DNA from: Octopus vulgaris
Lineage: Eukaryota
NCBI GenBank assembly: GCA_951406725.2
Contig: OX597815.1
Coordinates: forward strand, 89,156,001 to 89,220,000
Reading direction: 5' to 3'
Length of the DNA: 64,000 bases
The translations under genes were made by a program, and so were the position numbers. The first letter of the stretch is position 1; the number at the start of each line of letters is the position of its first letter. Shown in pieces: positions 27,655 to 39,537 of this stretch. The notes under the pieces are model-generated. The model was not told the origin of the DNA and searched no databases. It saw nothing but the letters and a program-made list of their open reading frames with translations.

Positions 27655-27655
27655 T
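27566..27655. repeat. (TAA)n tract at the 3' end of the Dong-like element
   Basis: Seen directly. Confidence 0.95.
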
Positions 27656-28701
27656 TAACGTTTTCTTCTCTTTTTTCTTTCCTTTTCCAACTGTATACTT
27701 TTCTCCTACATTTTCTATCTTTTCGCTTACTTGCATTTGTACCTACGCTCTTTGTTCCCCTTCCTGCTTCTCTTGTTCTACTTCCTTTTCCTGTTGCTGG
27801 GGACACCTTGCTTTCATGTGTCCCCTTACTCCACAAAAAAAACATACAGGCGATCTCCCTTCCACCACTATCCATGATTTGTCCGGCAATGACAGTACTC
27901 ACATGGAGGTCTGGAATACGGCACAGTGGAGGTACGCTTGTGGAGGTCTGGAAAGCTTATATAGACCAACACCTCTACTCCATACCCTCAGCAGTTCATC
28001 TCCGTAGTTCTTGTTATTTTCATTATCTTCATGTCTTCCTCTGTGTTGAAGAGAATGGCTGCTACTAGCCACGCCTCATCAATTTCTGGGGGAACGCTAC
28101 CTATTCTTACTCCGGCCGCACGTTTGCCACAGTAAGTCGGTAGCAGCGCTCACTCTGCCGATTTCAAAGGCACGGTGGACTATTTTCTTGCTTCTTGTTC
28201 ATTCACGAAGCGTACCTCCACTGTGCCGTATTTCCTTCCTCTGATGTAGAACGTCGTTACGCTCTTAATTTCTCTGAGGTCCTCATCGACCACCTCTACC
28301 GCTGCAATTTTTAATGTTCTGTACACAATTGTTACCATCTCCATTTTATCTGTTACTTCTTTGGGTGGTGTCAACCTCAGGCTATCTCCCTCCTTTCTTA
28401 ATAAATTATTGTATTGTTTGAAGTTTTTTCCTGTAATTTAATTTCTGTAACCTGCAGTACCTCCGCTGACAGGCTTTTGCCAGTCACCGCACCATAACTG
28501 CCCGCTTGCACTGGTATACTGTCCATATTATTCACTACCTCACCCATAAATGGGGAAGAAAATAAAACAAAACGGTAGCAACAAGTTCAACAGACTCCAA
28601 TAATTCAATAAATAACAGTCAAACGTAAACAGTACTCATAAGGAGCGTATACACTTCCAACTCACTAATCAAATAAAGCACTAACGACAACACCGACGTC
28701 C
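27656..28701 (-). mobile_element. Gag/ORF1-like retroelement copy 2 (3'-truncated)
   Basis: RGRKYGTVEVRFVNEQEARK (ORF 28180-28374); zinc-knuckle-region DNA tttcatgtgtccccttactcc shared with copy 3. Confidence 0.82.
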
Positions 28702-30376
28702 TTATTTCTTTAATTAGGCACACGGCCTCATAGAGAAAGGACAACACAAAAGACAGACAAAACGACACATTGGGGTACATAAAAACATAACGAATGAATT
28801 ATAAATATAAATGAAAATGAAGATGGAATGTCTTACTTGCCTCCATTAGCAAGAAGTTTCATTTTACTGTTTTTAAATAAAGTGTGAACTTATCAGTCTT
28901 GTATCTTGTTAGTTTTCATTTTGTTTAAAAATCAATACAAAGTCACATATATGTTTCATCAAATAGTCAAATATTACCACTGGTGGCAATTCATCGTAAC
29001 GAAATCGAATTCTTGTTATTACTATTCTATCGCCAAATATTTTCTGCCACCTTCTTGATCTTTATTCCTCCAACAGTACCGTTTTCTCATTGTACTCATT
29101 GTCAGCCACTTTAACCCTTATTACATGTTTCATTTTTGAAATTTTCTCTCCTATCTGAGCACTTTTATTGTAATTTATCATAGTTCTTTCATATTTCCCC
29201 TTCGGTGGCTCTCTCTGCTGTTCCTCACCACTCTTTTCCCCTGTTACTGGTATTCCCGTCTCTATTTATCCTTCCTTCTCACTTACATGTCTCTTCTTCT
29301 TTCGTCCTTCCTCCTCCTTGATAGTTGAAGGCAATTCCTTCTTTTCTCGTTCTTGTTCTCCTCTGTCTTCCTTTTCTTCTTCGGGCTTTTAGGTGGAGAT
29401 TCCACATTACTCCTCTTTCTTTCTACCATTGTATATTTTATCCCCATTTCCGCCTCCTTCGCTGTTGCACCTTCTCCCTGACGCTCCTTTTCCGCCTCCT
29501 CCTGTTCATGTTTCTGGGGACACTTTGCTTTCATGTGTCCCCTTACTCCATATAAATAACATATCGGAGGTCTCCCTTCCACCACGATTCTTAATCTTGT
29601 CTCAACTGTTACCACCAGCTCTTCCGCAATTTTGTGGAGGCCCGGCAGGCTGATATGGATCAACACCTCCAGCGCAAACGTGCGGCCAGAGTAAGAATAG
29701 TTACAATGCCCCCAGAAATTGATGAGGCGTGACTGGTTGCAGCCATCCTCTGTAACACTCAGGTATTGAATATATCGAGGACGATATAGCAGTGCCCACT
29801 CGGCTAATCTCAAAGTGTTAGGGTATTTCCTCGCTTCTTCTTCGCTTACGAAGCGTACCTCCACTGTGCCGTATTTCTTTCCTCTGGTGTAATATGTCAT
29901 TATAAGCTTTGTCTCTCGAAGGCATTTCTCTACCGCTTCCTCCGCTGCCACTTCATCTTTTTTCGTTGCTACATTCAACGATCTATAAATAATTGTCCTT
30001 TTTTTCAGTTTTTTTCAAGTATTTCTTTAGGGGGCGTCAACATCAAGCTGTCCTCTCTTCTTCAGCAAACCGCTATATTTTTTTAAAAATTCTCCTTTAA
30101 TTCAATATCACGGACCTGGACTACCTCTACTGACAGGCTTTTGCCAGTCACCGCAGCGTAACTGCCCGATGGTTTACTATCCATGACAGTATTACGAGAA
30201 AAAATAAAAGCCAGTTAACAACAACAGTTTCAATAATTCCAGTTAATAACAGTTCAACAATTCAGTAAATTAACAATACAATACAGCAAAACTCACATGG
30301 AGCGAACACACTTCTAACACAGCTCGGAATCAAATGATTCGAAAAAAAAGAAACTCTAACGACAGCGCCGACGTCC
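28702..30376 (-). mobile_element. Gag/ORF1-like retroelement copy 3, apparently complete (~1.67 kb), ORF1 only
   Basis: 5' UTR homologous to copies 1 and 2; ORF 29283-29978 with a decayed CCHC knuckle (CYLYGVRGHMKAKC); no RT/EN seen; 3' tail ending taattaaagaaataa at 28702. Confidence 0.8.
29283..29978 (-). pseudogene. LINE ORF1/gag-like zinc-knuckle protein (frameshifted), L1/Tx1-type
   Basis: RIVVEGRPPICYLYGVRGHMKAKCPQK (C-X2-[C>Y]-X4-H-X4-C) followed by a charged, Lys-rich tail. The middle is frameshifted relative to copy 1. Confidence 0.75.
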
Positions 30377-30539
30377 TCTCAACGATTAGCTGGATATGAT
30401 TTTTAAAATGAGAATATCTGAAATAAATTCGACTGATCTCACAAACGAGAATACTAAAAATGAACATGACCGCTCTCGAAAATTAAGTAAACAAAGAAAC
30501 CGAAAAAATAACCGAGAATCCTTGTCCGGTACAAGATCG
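30377..30539 (-). mobile_element. HINE-like element segment directly upstream of copy 3
   Basis: Reverse complement aligns with 25185-25345 (ttctcattttaaaaatcat...ctaatcgttga). Confidence 0.75.
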
Positions 30540-30544
30540 TCCCA

Positions 30545-30850
30545 ATGGTAGTCATGGAATGTGAAGGTAGGTGTGCGGACCGTGTTTGTAATGCTGTGTG
30601 AGTGTCGTCTGCAGAGGGAACAGGGTCAGTTTTCTCTATGAATCCCTTTTTTTAGTCTATCGACTGATATAGTGTTTTTACGACCATTGAGATCTGCAGT
30701 GAAAAATGTATCCGTGCGTGAAAGAAAATGGAAATGACCTGCATACGGTACTGTTAACGGAGGCTTAACAACATCATTGCGCACTAAAACGTGTGTCCAA
30801 GAGGTAAAGTTTCCTTCAAGGCAGAACAAGAAATGTAATTGCCAAGTGGG
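30545..30850 (-). mobile_element. Ty3/gypsy integrase C-terminal (GPY/F region) fragment
   Basis: THVLVRNDVVKPPLTVPYAGHFHFLSRTDTFFTADLNGRKNTISVDRLK resembles the gypsy pattern THVFVR.D.V..PL..PY.GP..V..R..K.F....NG....VS.DRLK. Confidence 0.75.
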
Positions 30851-31192
30851 TAAAAGGTTTTAAACAGTAGGATATATCTAAAATTGGTAAAATTAAAAAT
30901 TGTCGAGGATGAAGTATATTTATTATTCTTACTGAATATGTTAGTGTTATTTAATCTCTGAACGGTTTTGCTGCCATTTAGTTATGCAGCTTGATTTCTT
31001 TATCCATCAATTTCTATTAAGATACGAGTAGAGACGCGAGTAAAATTAATAATAGAGAAACGAAAAGAAAACTTTGGAAACAGCAACGCCGCCATAATTT
31101 ACGTGGAAACATGAGCGTGCTTTCAAGGGAGATAATCAGAGAAGATCAACGTAAAATCTTAATACTTCCATTAAAGTAAAGTAAACACAACA

Positions 31193-31376
31193 AATAATCC
31201 AGAATCCTTGCCCGAAACCGGATCGATCTCAAAATCTAATCAGTTCGTACCAGTCACGAGGCCATACAACACTGAAAAGTTCATCCGCATCCATCCAGTG
31301 TTTCTTGAGATATGTTGTCTACGGACAAACAAACAAACATAGCTGAAAACAATACCTCCATCTTGGTTAAGGCTAA

Positions 31377-31383
<7 letters not shown>
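31193..31383 (-). mobile_element. HINE-like element, 5' part
   Basis: Reverse complement tattaccttagcc...ggaggtattgttttc...gtttgtttgtttgtcc...gaactgattagattttgagatcgatccgg aligns with 25041-25220. Confidence 0.7.
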
Positions 31384-31447
<64 letters not shown>

Positions 31448-31464
31448 TGATAATAATAATAATA

Positions 31465-31860
31465 AACACTAACTGGAGTCTCAGCCATATACTACATAGT
31501 TGATGTTGTATGCCCTTTTGACCCACGAATAGTCAAGAAGGAAGGCGAAAACATAGAGAAATACAACCCTCTTAAATACGAATTCGTCCGGCTAATGAAG
31601 AAGGTGAAGATAGTGCTAATTATTGTTGGGTCCTTGAGAACAGTATCATAAGGCATCAAGAGGAATATAAAGGAAATTGGAATAGAGTGCTCAGTAGAAC
31701 TGTTACAAGGGTTTGCCTCCTTGGCATGGCCAGAATACTCAGGAAAGTATTAGATACCTGAAACGAACAAATGGCATGGTACCGTAGGCCGCAGGTAGTA
31801 AACCCACTATGCATGCAAGACTCCAGGAGTTCCAACAAAACCTGTAACAAAGAGAATATC
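31465..31860 (+). mobile_element. Dong/R4-like element, short 5'-truncated copy within (TAA)n
   Basis: IVDVVCPFDPRIVKKEGENIEKYNPLKYE...IECSVELLQ is homologous to 27240-27560; TAA arrays on both sides. Confidence 0.82.
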
Positions 31861-31997
<137 letters not shown>

Positions 31998-31999
31998 AG

Positions 32000-32205
32000 T
32001 AGTTATCTGGCAGAACAATTAGCGAATCAGAGAAAATACTATAATGCTTAGCGGCATTTCGTCCGGTTCTTTACGTTTAAATTTCGTTGCGGTCAACACT
32101 GACTTTTATCCCTCCGAGTTCCATAAAACAAAGTATTAATCAAGTACTGCAACCGGCTACACCCTTCCATAAAATTGCTGGTCTTGTGCCAAAATTTGTA
32201 ACAAT
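32000..32205 (+). mobile_element. SINE family A, diverged, tail type 3
   Basis: ctggcagaa...aatgcttagcggcatttcgtcc...aaattgctggtcttgtgccaaaattt. Confidence 0.7.
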
Positions 32206-33289
32206 TTTTATTATTTAAATTAATATTACCATCATCATCATCAACATCATCATCATCATCGTCGTCGTCGTCGTCGTCGTCGTCGTCATCATCGTCATCA
32301 TCCTCATCGTCGTCGTCGTCGTCGTCGTCATCATCATCATCATCATCACCTGAACGCTCATTAACAATACCAAAATGATCAATATGTGTTGGGGAGATTA
32401 AAATGTATATATTCTGTTGTAAATGTTCAGCACATCAAGTTTGTTTATAAACATATATGAACAGTTGCCAACTTGTCTTCTGTTGACATTTTAAATGATA
32501 TTCTCATTTATCAAACTGTATCTTATATCTTCGGACACTTATTCACTAACACTCTACCCATTCTTTCTAAAGTCTTGACCTATTTTTGACCTTTAAAATT
32601 GACCCGTACCCTATGGTCTCCATCAAATCCGAAGAGGACTTACTGAATATATCTTTATCTTCCTTATACATCAAGCAATAACATACAAATTCCTGTACTT
32701 TTATCGGTATTTAAAATTATGTAGCTGTTTTAGAATTTTGTCAATTACTTCTTTGTCACAATTTCGGGGTTGAGGTTAGAATAAAAACTGTAATCTAAAA
32801 TATTAATAACACTTTTTCAGAACGTTTTGCTCCAGTTATCTATTAAGCAACCGAAGCTACCCAATAAAAGATATTTTAAAAGTTACCTTGTATAGGACAT
32901 ACTTAACGGCATATTTTAACTTACTGCTCAGCAGGAGATCTTAATTCCTTGAGTTTTCGTCACGTGCAGTTTAATAGATGTAGATCAAACTGAAATTATC
33001 AAACAAAGTTCTAAGCCTTAGAATGCTTATTATGATATAAATCTTTGAATTAAGTAACTTGTTCCACTAATTAACTAATGTTCTCAGACTACAAATTATG
33101 ACAGATTACTTGATTCGTCAAGATTTAAACATTTCAATACAGTGACTTTCAGTGAAGAGTAAACAACTCGTATTTAACATATTTAGTCAACCTGCAGTTA
33201 ATTTAATGCTCCAACAATATCACAGTACCATTTTTTGGCAAGAATATGGCAAGCACAAATTTAAAGATTTAGTGGCTTAGCAGTATAAT

Positions 33290-33740
33290 CATGGTTTCAA
33301 ATATTTGAAAAAACGCCAGCAATTTTAGTTAGCGAGGGATGGTCAAGTACATCGATCTTAGTGCTCAACTGTTGCTTATTTTATCCAACCAAAAAGAACG
33401 AAAGGCGAGTTCGACCTGGCCAAATTCGAGCTCAGAAGGTACAGAATCGGTAGAAATGCCGTTGGACATTAATATTCGACGCGCTAACGATTCCACCAGC
33501 CCGCTACCTCACTGTTAGTAATCAATCCTTTCTTCTATAGGCACAAGGTTTGAAATTTTAAGAGATGGGGGCGAATCGATTATATCAATCCAGTTGCTCA
33601 ACTGGTATTTAATTTATGGCCACCGAAGGGATGAAAGGCAAACTCGACCTCGGCGATGTTTGAATACAGAACGTAAAGCCGAGAGAAATGTTGCAAAGTA
33701 TTTTGGCTGGCAAAATAACGATCTTGGCAGCTTGCCGTTT
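33290..33740 (-). mobile_element. Two adjacent diverged SINE A copies
   Basis: gaaaggcgagttcgacctggc...gctaacgattcc, and gggatgaaaggcaaactcgacctcggcg. Confidence 0.75.
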
Positions 33741-34229
33741 TACTGTAAATTGTAATAATATCAATAACAGGCTGATTATACTGAATTCAGTATTCGAAAG
33801 TTACAGTGGGATGAAGACAAAGTTGGCTTCAGTGAGTTTTTAACCCAGAAGATAAAGAATTGGAACAAATACTGCAGCTGTTTATTACAAAGTACAAAGC
33901 CTGATATTTTCTGGGAATAAATTAGATGATTAGATAAACTTCAATACTTGACTGGGTCTTCTTTTATCGAAATAGACAAATTTGACACCTGGAAGATTTT
34001 AACTCACAATGTTAACAGAGATATTTAAATGTAGCATAATACTTGATTCCTCAATTTATGCCTTCTGCCATGAACTACTATATGTTCCCTTGTAAATCGG
34101 TAAGGGGATAGTATATTGCTAGTTGATATTAATTTCCTAGTATATATACGATAAATATTTTTATTGTCAGATAATTTTGTTCGTTTTTACTATCATTTAT
34201 TTTAATATTATTATAATCCTTACTTTTCA

Positions 34230-34860
34230 TCAACGATTCTAACAAATCAGGCAATAATACTTTTTCATTGTTCACGACTTCTTACCAACGCTCCAGTGGC
34301 TTGTCAATGCCTTAACAGTAGAAATCACCAGGTCTCGACGCGAATAATTCATCAGGCCACTTAAGAACGCCACTTTTTTAATCAAACGCCTCAGTTTCCA
34401 AGGGAAGCGACATGAATAAGGTGAAAATCTGAAGGCGCTATCTCAAGACTTTATAATGAGTGTGCGAGAGAACTCCCCAAGTGAGCAGTGAATAGTATTT
34501 TTGATCAAATAGCGATCTGGGAGGGAGCGTTGTTGTGTGAAGAAGCACGATCTGTCAACTGTCAGGTCGTTTGGACATTAACCTTCAACCAAATGTGAAA
34601 GGTGATGGTATCATAAGAGGTTCTATTCGCTGGGCTAATTCCCTAGTGGACTGGCGTGGATCCTAGTAGATGAGCTCCTTCAATTATTATCATTGAATAG
34701 AATATGTTAGGTGGAACGCGGAGAGGTTGTGACTCAGATTCTCCCCTACTTGAATCGTAGAAATAATTTATGTGTCGTTCGTTCAGTAACACCCGCATTT
34801 CCGTATGCACCATAAATGTCTCGAGCGGTTTCAGCAGCTTTGGAAACTTGACTGAAAGGG
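34230..34860 (-). mobile_element. mariner (DD34D-type) transposase relic
   Basis: Minus strand WGVLSH...SLEIAPSDFHL (like HPPYSPDLAPSDFHLF) at ~34415-34480, and an LLHxNNA-like motif at ~34520-34548. Confidence 0.6.
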
Positions 34861-34874
34861 AAGAGAAACAGGTG

Positions 34875-36075
34875 ATTTTAAATTAAGAGCGATTGTGGAA
34901 GGCCCGACAAGTGAAACTCACGAACTTAGCAACTTTCTTGACATACTGTTAAAATCTTTCTTAAAACTTATACCAAGTTTCATAAGAGATGACTTAGATA
35001 TATTAAGCCATCATCCGATAAAAGTTGATACGATAATCGTTTCATTTGAAGTAATAAACTTTACGCTGTCATCCCACAGCCGTACAAACTAGAGGCACGA
35101 GCTTCCGAGCTAAAAAGTTCCATGAAGTAATGCGACACCGAATTTATCACAGAGATTAAAATTTATCCTTCAAGACAACTTCATTTTCGATAAAAAAAAA
35201 CACCAACCAACAAATATCTAGAACTGCGATGGGTACAAAAGTTGTCCGACAATACGCTTAGTCATGGAAGCCCAAATGTATAAACAAGCTAAAAAACAAA
35301 GTACAGTGTCACCTTTCAAAACCTCTGTTGAAAAATTGAAAATGGTACTCAGATGACTGCCTTATTCTAGACGATCTTAATGATTTCAAACCCCTACTAA
35401 ATAGCATCAATAACAGTATTTCGTTCATCATGAAATTTAGCCATAACCAACTATCTATCTTAGACATTTTAATCATTAAGAATGTCATGAAAATAGAAAC
35501 TGGTAACCACTACAATCTAACGGATTCTACACAATATTTACTATTTTTTATGCCACCCAAAATATACCAAATCGAATATGCCATTTAGTCTAACTAGAAG
35601 AATCCAAACAATCGTCTCCAATCCAGATAGTCAGAATAAAAGACTCATTGAGCGAAAATACTCGTCTACTCTAATATAGAATGGAATAGAATGCGACAGA
35701 TCAATAGACTTTGATGTAATAGGAAATGCACACACACCGAAAAAGATGAAAAATTGATGACAGTTTAGATAAACCCCCAAGTGTATTTTTAATTACAACA
35801 CACAACCCCAAAACATAAAAACATTCAGCATTATCGATCAGAACAAACCGTTATTGAGCTAAGACCCAATAATGAAAAAGGCATTTGAATCGTACAAAAT
35901 AATCAAATGCAACAGGCAACCAAAATGCTACTTACCAACGCGAACCAAGCAATTACAGATTCAACTCCAACAGCTAAAAAGTATGGCCGATCCAATTTTG
36001 GAATTCTTGAGAACCCTATTGCGGAAACAACTTACAAATCTAAATCAGGACAAGTTTTTACTGTGAAAAGTTCCA
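34875..36075 (+). mobile_element. Penelope-like element RT relic
   Basis: LKLRAIVEGPTSETHELSNFLDILLK..FIRD, TAMGTK (~35223), WYSDDCLI (~35343), LLNSINNSISF..K, KCNRQPK; many frameshifts. Confidence 0.82.
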
Positions 36076-36089
36076 ACCAGCATGGCTTT

Positions 36090-37270
36090 CGCTGCACTAG
36101 GGGCTGTTTGATACATCACATTGATGATGTTCTTAAAACTTTGGTGTCAGGTTTGAACTCTGATATCATGAATCTTGAATTCAGCTAAGCGTTCGACAAA
36201 GTCGGACATATCCCACGGTTAAAATTGTCCAATATTGGAATCCATGATTAACTGCTGCGCTGGATGAAGTATTCCCTGGTGAATAGAACACAACATGTTG
36301 TGATCGCTGGAATCTACTCAAGGCAAGCAAATTTCACCAGTGGTGTCCTCTCGCCGACAGATAAGGTACGATTCTCTCTATAATCTATATAAACGACAAC
36401 ACAAACGTAACCAAACATAACAAAATAAAGATATTCGCAGATGACACCAAGCTTCAGAAAATTATCAATGAAGAAAACCAACCTGAACTCTAGGTTGACC
36501 TACGTGTTGTAATCCAATTGGAGAACAAAAAAATATGCGGTTAAATGAAGGAATATTTGAAAAAGGAATGCGTTCAAATAAACACATTCTCTTCCTTTAG
36601 GGAAACTATACACAGTATCCTATAATATTCGGAAATATGGAGTAAATGTTGACAACAATCGCAGCTGGAGTACTCACGTCAACTATAAATTCGATGTTGT
36701 AAATTGTCAGGACTTTCCGGTCCAGAGACCGAGCTGTTATCCTTTCCCTTCTTCCTCCTTTGTATGACTACACACATAATGCTGCTGACCCCGGTGGTCT
36801 CCCCACACCAAGCAAAACATAATGAAAATTGACTAAAAACCAAACGTCTTGATTATCCTCGTTTTTTAGGTAAACTATACACAGCATCCTATAATATCCG
36901 AGACTATGGACTACATGGTGACAACATTATCGCGATGTTTAAGGCGATACCAATAATTATTGGTATCGCCTTAAACATCGAAACTTATTTTCTCCACAGC
37001 CACCATAAACGCTACATCATTTGCACAATATCGAGAATATACCAACAGCATTCTCTAAATTCAGAATCATATTCTGAATTCATCTAAGGCTGAGGACCAC
37101 GTGCCGTACGCACCCTACACAATTCAGGCTTACAACACATAAGTTTATTGCAACCCAATTTCTTTTCCTTAATAGACCCTGTTCAATTTAACATTACCCT
37201 AGAACAAATCAACGAATAAAAACATCCCATCATCTTCAAACGAAAACTGAAACATTTCGTAACTTATGAG
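36090..37270 (+). mobile_element. CR1/L2-group LINE RT relic
   Basis: QHGFR..RGCL, LEFS*AFDKVGH (~36173), SGV, FADDTKL (~36434), and a W-S-P region (~36795). Confidence 0.8.
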
Positions 37271-37293
37271 GTGATGCTATTATCTAAGCTGAG

Positions 37294-37330
<37 letters not shown>

Positions 37331-37935
37331 CATACATACGTACGTACGTACGTACGTAAGTACATACATACATATGTGTGTGTAAGTGCTTATGTGTGTG
37401 TTTATGTTATTTAACTCTGTAGTGCGCCATGAATATCTTTCACAGGTACATTGTTGATGCAATGTATAACCGATTCTTTTGAGCAGTTACATGTCTGGTA
37501 CTTAATTTATTAACGCAGAATATTTGATAAAGTTGAATATGATAGTATTGGGACTCACAGCATAAGAAGAAGAAATAAAAGACTTTTAAACATTAGGATC
37601 ATCGCTGGAATACTAATATTACTAATGTTGCTCTATTTAACAATAATACAAAATGAAAATTCAGACATAAAACCTTAACACAAACATATTATCTACTAAA
37701 TTAGTGTGGTAGTAATCATACGTCTTTATCACAAATATACAAGACTGAACAGTGTTCTTCGATTGAATCGGCCTTATCATTTACTGGCACTTTATATAAT
37801 TGAATCCAAATGAACCTTAGGCAAAGCTGATCTTAGTGGGATTTGAACTCAGAATATAAAACTGGACATTTCGTACGCCGTTTCATCGTAACTACTACCA
37901 TGTAGATAATTAAAATTACACTTTACTATATATGT

Positions 37936-37951
37936 ATACATACATACATAC

Positions 37952-37982
<31 letters not shown>

Positions 37983-38000
37983 CATACATACATACATACA

Positions 38001-38030
<30 letters not shown>
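37936..38030. repeat. (ATAC)n microsatellite
   Basis: Seen directly. Confidence 0.95.
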
Positions 38031-38031
<1 letters not shown>

Positions 38032-39019
38032 GTGTGTGTATATATATTTGTATGTTTGTGTGTGTATAAATATGCTTGTAAAAGGAAAAGTACTCCATAT
38101 ATCTTATAGGGATTGCGGCAAATCCCATAAAATCTCAATACTTATACCTATAATTCCCATAGATTTGGATAGACCTCATAAAACATTTTGTCTCTTGAGC
38201 AGAATTGATAAATTTGAATATAATTAACTATAATGAGATTTTACATTGCCTAATGGGACAATTTGAGGGAGAGACACATTAAATATACAATGCGTTACCT
38301 GATAGTATCTATAACCTTTCGTTACGGTGCTTATAGAACTCGATCATTTAGCTCTGTTTATTGCTTCCTTTATTGACATTCCAATCCATAAGTCGACCAA
38401 TAACTAAATTTGTTGCGAAATTCTTTTTCTCCTTTAGAGTCATCCCTTTAAATGAAGCCCAGTTCCAGCGAGAGGGAGGGAGAAAGCGTTAGCAATAGAA
38501 AAAGAGAAAGGAGTGAGAGAGGGAGAGAGAGAGGTGTCTGTGTGTATAGGTGTGTTTCTCTGTTGTACTGACAGTAGTATGTAGTGTGCTACAGATAAAT
38601 AATATTGATCATGGTAGTGCAGTTTGACTGCACCTATCATCTGAGCTGTAAGATGGGGCGAAATTTGGTTTGTATCGAACCATGCAAGTTAACTGCACGT
38701 TACTACTGAACGGCAGTAAATTAAATCGGCAAATGCTTTATTTTATAGACCCCTGAAGAATCAAATGCAAACCTCACGTATTTTGCCAGAGTAAAAGACG
38801 TACTTTCACATAAGCTTCTAATTAACAAATATATTTTGTAGAAAAACCAAGTTCAGTATGTTTTATCGTACACTAATTGAAATATACTTTAAAGTGACTT
38901 TGCTGGGGAATGTATGAATCTGTGCATGTGAATACAATATTGTGACAGAACACTGAGATAAAGTAGGAAACTATGAATTTATCATATATAAATTGTGTTA
39001 TACAGGTACCACATTTCAG

Positions 39020-39087
39020 TTATATCTTCTTACCAATGGTATGGTGTGAGCCAACCAATCATATCTCTGATTGTTACTTTTGCATGT
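39020..39087 (+). mobile_element. Chapaev3-like transposase fragment
   Basis: LPMVWCEPTNHISDCYFC matches the PM-W-EP--H--DCYF motif also present in the element at 43126-45222. Confidence 0.65.
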
Positions 39088-39235
39088 GCCGAGGTCGACT
39101 TTGTCTTTCATCTTTTCGGGGTCGATTAAATACGTACCAGTTACGCACTAGGGTCGATGTAATTCACTTAATCCCTTTGTCTGTCCTTGTTTGTCCCCTC
39201 TATGTTTAGCCTCTTGTGGGTTGTAATGAAATAAG
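39088..39235 (+). mobile_element. SINE family A, 3' part, tail type 1
   Basis: gccgaggtcgactttgtctttcatcttttcggggtcgat...tttgtctgtccttgtttgtcccctctatgtttagcc. Confidence 0.88.
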
Positions 39236-39274
39236 TTATACCTTCTTTTTGATCAAGAGCGTAGTTTATTCTTT

Positions 39275-39537
39275 TATTTATTTCAGTCATTTGACTGCGG
39301 CCTTGCTGGAGCACTGCCTTTAGTCGAACAAATCGGCCCCGGTTTCAAGCGATGGCGGGGTGACAAACACACACACATATACATACATACATACATCACA
39401 TATATATATATATTTATGACGGGTTTCTTTCAGTTTCCGTCTACCAGATCCACTCACAAGTCTTTGGTCGACCTGAGGCTATAGTAGAAGACACTTGTCC
39501 AGGATGCCTCGTAGTGGGACTGAATCCGTAACCATGT
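39275..39537 (-). mobile_element. SINE family B, internally deleted
   Basis: ttcagtcatttgactgcggcc...ttcagtttccgtctacc...gtgggactgaatcc. Confidence 0.85.

Noticed and set aside
25041-31383. Whole region as one large TIR transposon
   Set aside because: The inverted arms are too diverged and differently interrupted; better explained as separate insertions.
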